From assembly GCF_963921235.1 (NCBI RefSeq), contig NC_086125.1:7130001-7194000 (forward strand): DNA of 64,000 nucleotides, in the 5' to 3' direction. The translations under genes were made by a program, and so were the position numbers. The DNA comes from Mobula hypostoma. Taxonomy: Eukaryota. The notes under the pieces were generated by a model. The model saw only the letters and a list, made by a program, of their open reading frames with translations. It was not told where the DNA came from and searched no databases. Below, piece by piece: positions 62,701-64,000 of the stretch; the first letter of the stretch is position 1, and each line of letters opens with the position of its first letter.

Positions 62701-63312
62701 TTTTTCTTGTTGGAATGTTTCCTCTGAAAGATCCTTTCAAATCTATGGCACTGCATCTTGACTGATCCGTTAATTTCCCAATTCACTTCAGCTTGTTTTG
62801 ATTTCATGTCTTTGTAGATTCCATTCTCTGAGCTTAAAAGGTCAGTCTTGATCCCATCCTTCTCTCCATTGTTCTGAACGTAAAATTAAAAACATACAGT
62901 GAGCACCATTATCTGAGGATGTATAGGGTAGGAAAGTGATTTATCTGGGTTGAATTACCTGATTTTTGGCATTTGGCCTAATAATGGAATTAACTCACTC
63001 AGCTAGGTGCCCAGGTCTTTTCCTTGAAAGTTCTTCAGTAGTCGCAGCTGGAAATTGTCTCTGGGATGCCTCTCGCTATCAAATATATACCTGAAACACT
63101 GGCTTGTAAAGGAGTGACACTTGTCTGAGATGTGGAAAGGCTTTCAGATGGGTCTGAAGAAATACTGAGAAGCGGAATTGGTTTTTAATCATATTTTCTT
63201 TATTATTGACTCTCATAATCCTGGTTCTTCATTTCTCTTAGGAGAGCAGTGGAAAAAGCTGAAGACTCTGAATCTCTTGGTATTACTGTCTATGTATCAC
63301 AGGATTGCACAG
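53534..63312 (+). CDS. ATG4D: Cysteine protease ATG4D, 5' part; exons 53534-53750, 56244-56327, 56430(or 56487)-56657, 59923-60286, 63242-63312
   Basis: N-terminus MNSVSP; [13 protein letters not shown]; catalytic [14 protein letters not shown]; [11 protein letters not shown]; VYVSQDCT; phases are consistent. Confidence 0.95.
53834..54033 (+). repeat. 200-bp direct repeat, copy 1 (copy 2 at 55968-56167)
   Basis: Near-identical sequence starting GTCAGGAAACTGGCATGGAAAGCCTGAC. Confidence 0.95.
54184..54681 (-). mobile_element. Non-autonomous Tc1-family element, inverted relative to 52826-53371
   Basis: TIRs CACTCAGTGGCCACTTTA...TAAAGTGGCCACTCAGT; [11 protein letters not shown] on the minus strand. 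Confidence 0.85.
55541..55828 (+). mobile_element. tRNA-derived SINE
   Basis: A box TAGCGTAGTGG, B box GGTTCACTTCC, CR1-like tail ending (TAAA)n. Confidence 0.8.
55968..56167 (+). repeat. 200-bp direct repeat, copy 2
   Basis: Matches 53834-54033. Confidence 0.95.
56244..56327 (+). CDS. ATG4D: ATG4D exon
   Basis: [27 protein letters not shown]; perfect TACTAAC branch point at 56223. Confidence 0.93.
56430..56657 (+). CDS. ATG4D: ATG4D exon with the catalytic Cys
   Basis: cccatcag|CT ... CGA A|gtaagt; alternative in-frame acceptor at 56487. Confidence 0.9.
56832..57258 (-). mobile_element. Young CR1 LINE 3' end
   Basis: [27 protein letters not shown]...FFTQRVV; (AGACAAT)n tail. Confidence 0.92.
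57591..59198. mobile_element. Tigger/pogo-like DNA transposon with nested insertions
   Basis: TA-CAGTGGATTCTGGTTAATTGG ... CCAATTAACCAGAATGCATTG-TA. Confidence 0.85.
58927..59692 (+). repeat. Segment duplicated at 35607-36362
   Basis: Near-identical sequence. Confidence 0.95.
59923..60286 (+). CDS. ATG4D: ATG4D exon
   Basis: WTWP...[22 protein letters not shown]...[12 protein letters not shown]; |gtaagt. Confidence 0.95.
60385..62000. mobile_element. Two degenerate CR1 fragments, tail-to-tail (plus about 60385-60845; minus about 60900-62000)
   Basis: RRFTRML/GDLIEV on plus; LYLLEFRR...ILKDLDR on minus. Confidence 0.75.
63242..63312 (+). CDS. ATG4D: ATG4D exon
   Basis: [23 protein letters not shown]; cttag| and |gtgaat. 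Confidence 0.93.
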
Positions 63313-64000
63313 GTGAATATCCACTGATTCATTATGGGCTACACGCTGAACACTGCATTCATGAGATCAGAGCTGTGTCGGAGTTTTATCGGAGGGTTAC
63401 TGCTAGCAGAAGCAAATTCTTCTAATTTTGACCAGATAAGTTTGATCAAGATTTACAAGTTACATATAACATTGCGAGAGTAAATGTAAAATCTGTTGCC
63501 ATTTCTAGAAGATTAGGTAATCAGATTACACTGATCTGTGCATACAATTCACTAATTGAAAGTATTAGAAGTGGATTGAGCAGTAATTTTCAAAAAGGGA
63601 ACTCTATAAATATTTGAGGGGATTTTCTTCATTCAGCTGCTTGGACGGACTCCACCTTCACTACACATAGAACTGTGGATTTGTGGCAGTTGTGTTTTGT
63701 TCAATGCTTTGAAATGGGTATTTATACCATTCAAGCAAACTCAGGCTGAAAGGGGGAGACACGTTAAAATTTTTGTAAGATCTTTGTCAGCTGTGGGAAA
63801 GTATATGGAATTCGGGCTCATCTAAACTCATTCATTTATAATATTGGAGTAAAAAAATGGAAAAGTTGTTTTATTCCTGTCATGTGAACCAAGTTACAAA
63901 GGAAAAGCGTTGTTTTGCAAGTTTTCCATATCACTTGATTAATACATTAAGCCAGTAAGACCGCTCCCTTCCAGTACCAAAGACCAAGGTTAAAACCATA

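Overview
Vertebrate genomic DNA, most likely a cartilaginous fish such as a ray (inferred from the CR1/Rex-Babar/Penelope/DeuSINE/Tc1 repeat mix). It holds four spliced + strand genes whose human orthologues lie on 19p13.2: the last 7 coding exons of RAVER1 (489-7888), complete FDX2 (14153-25210, 5 exons, one GC-AG intron), complete FBXL12 (28339-30738, 3 exons) and the first 5 coding exons of ATG4D (53534-63312, continuing past the window). A CpG island at about 39.0-39.5 kb probably acts as the ATG4D promoter and may be bidirectional. Introns are filled with nested transposons. Main observations: (1) three tandemly duplicated phase-0 exons and an extra PTB-binding motif in RAVER1; (2) the ATG4D start-codon exon carries a dense uORF cluster and is bracketed by inverted Tc1 repeats, a circRNA-like layout with a closed 101-aa circular ORF; (3) an ATG4C-like insert in ATG4D controlled by two in-frame acceptors; (4) eight decayed Penelope-type minimal hammerhead ribozymes; (5) a possible unannotated antisense spliced gene running head-to-head with ATG4D; (6) several local duplications. 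All calls come from reading the sequence by eye and from remembered orthologue sequences; no searches were run, and identity figures are estimates.
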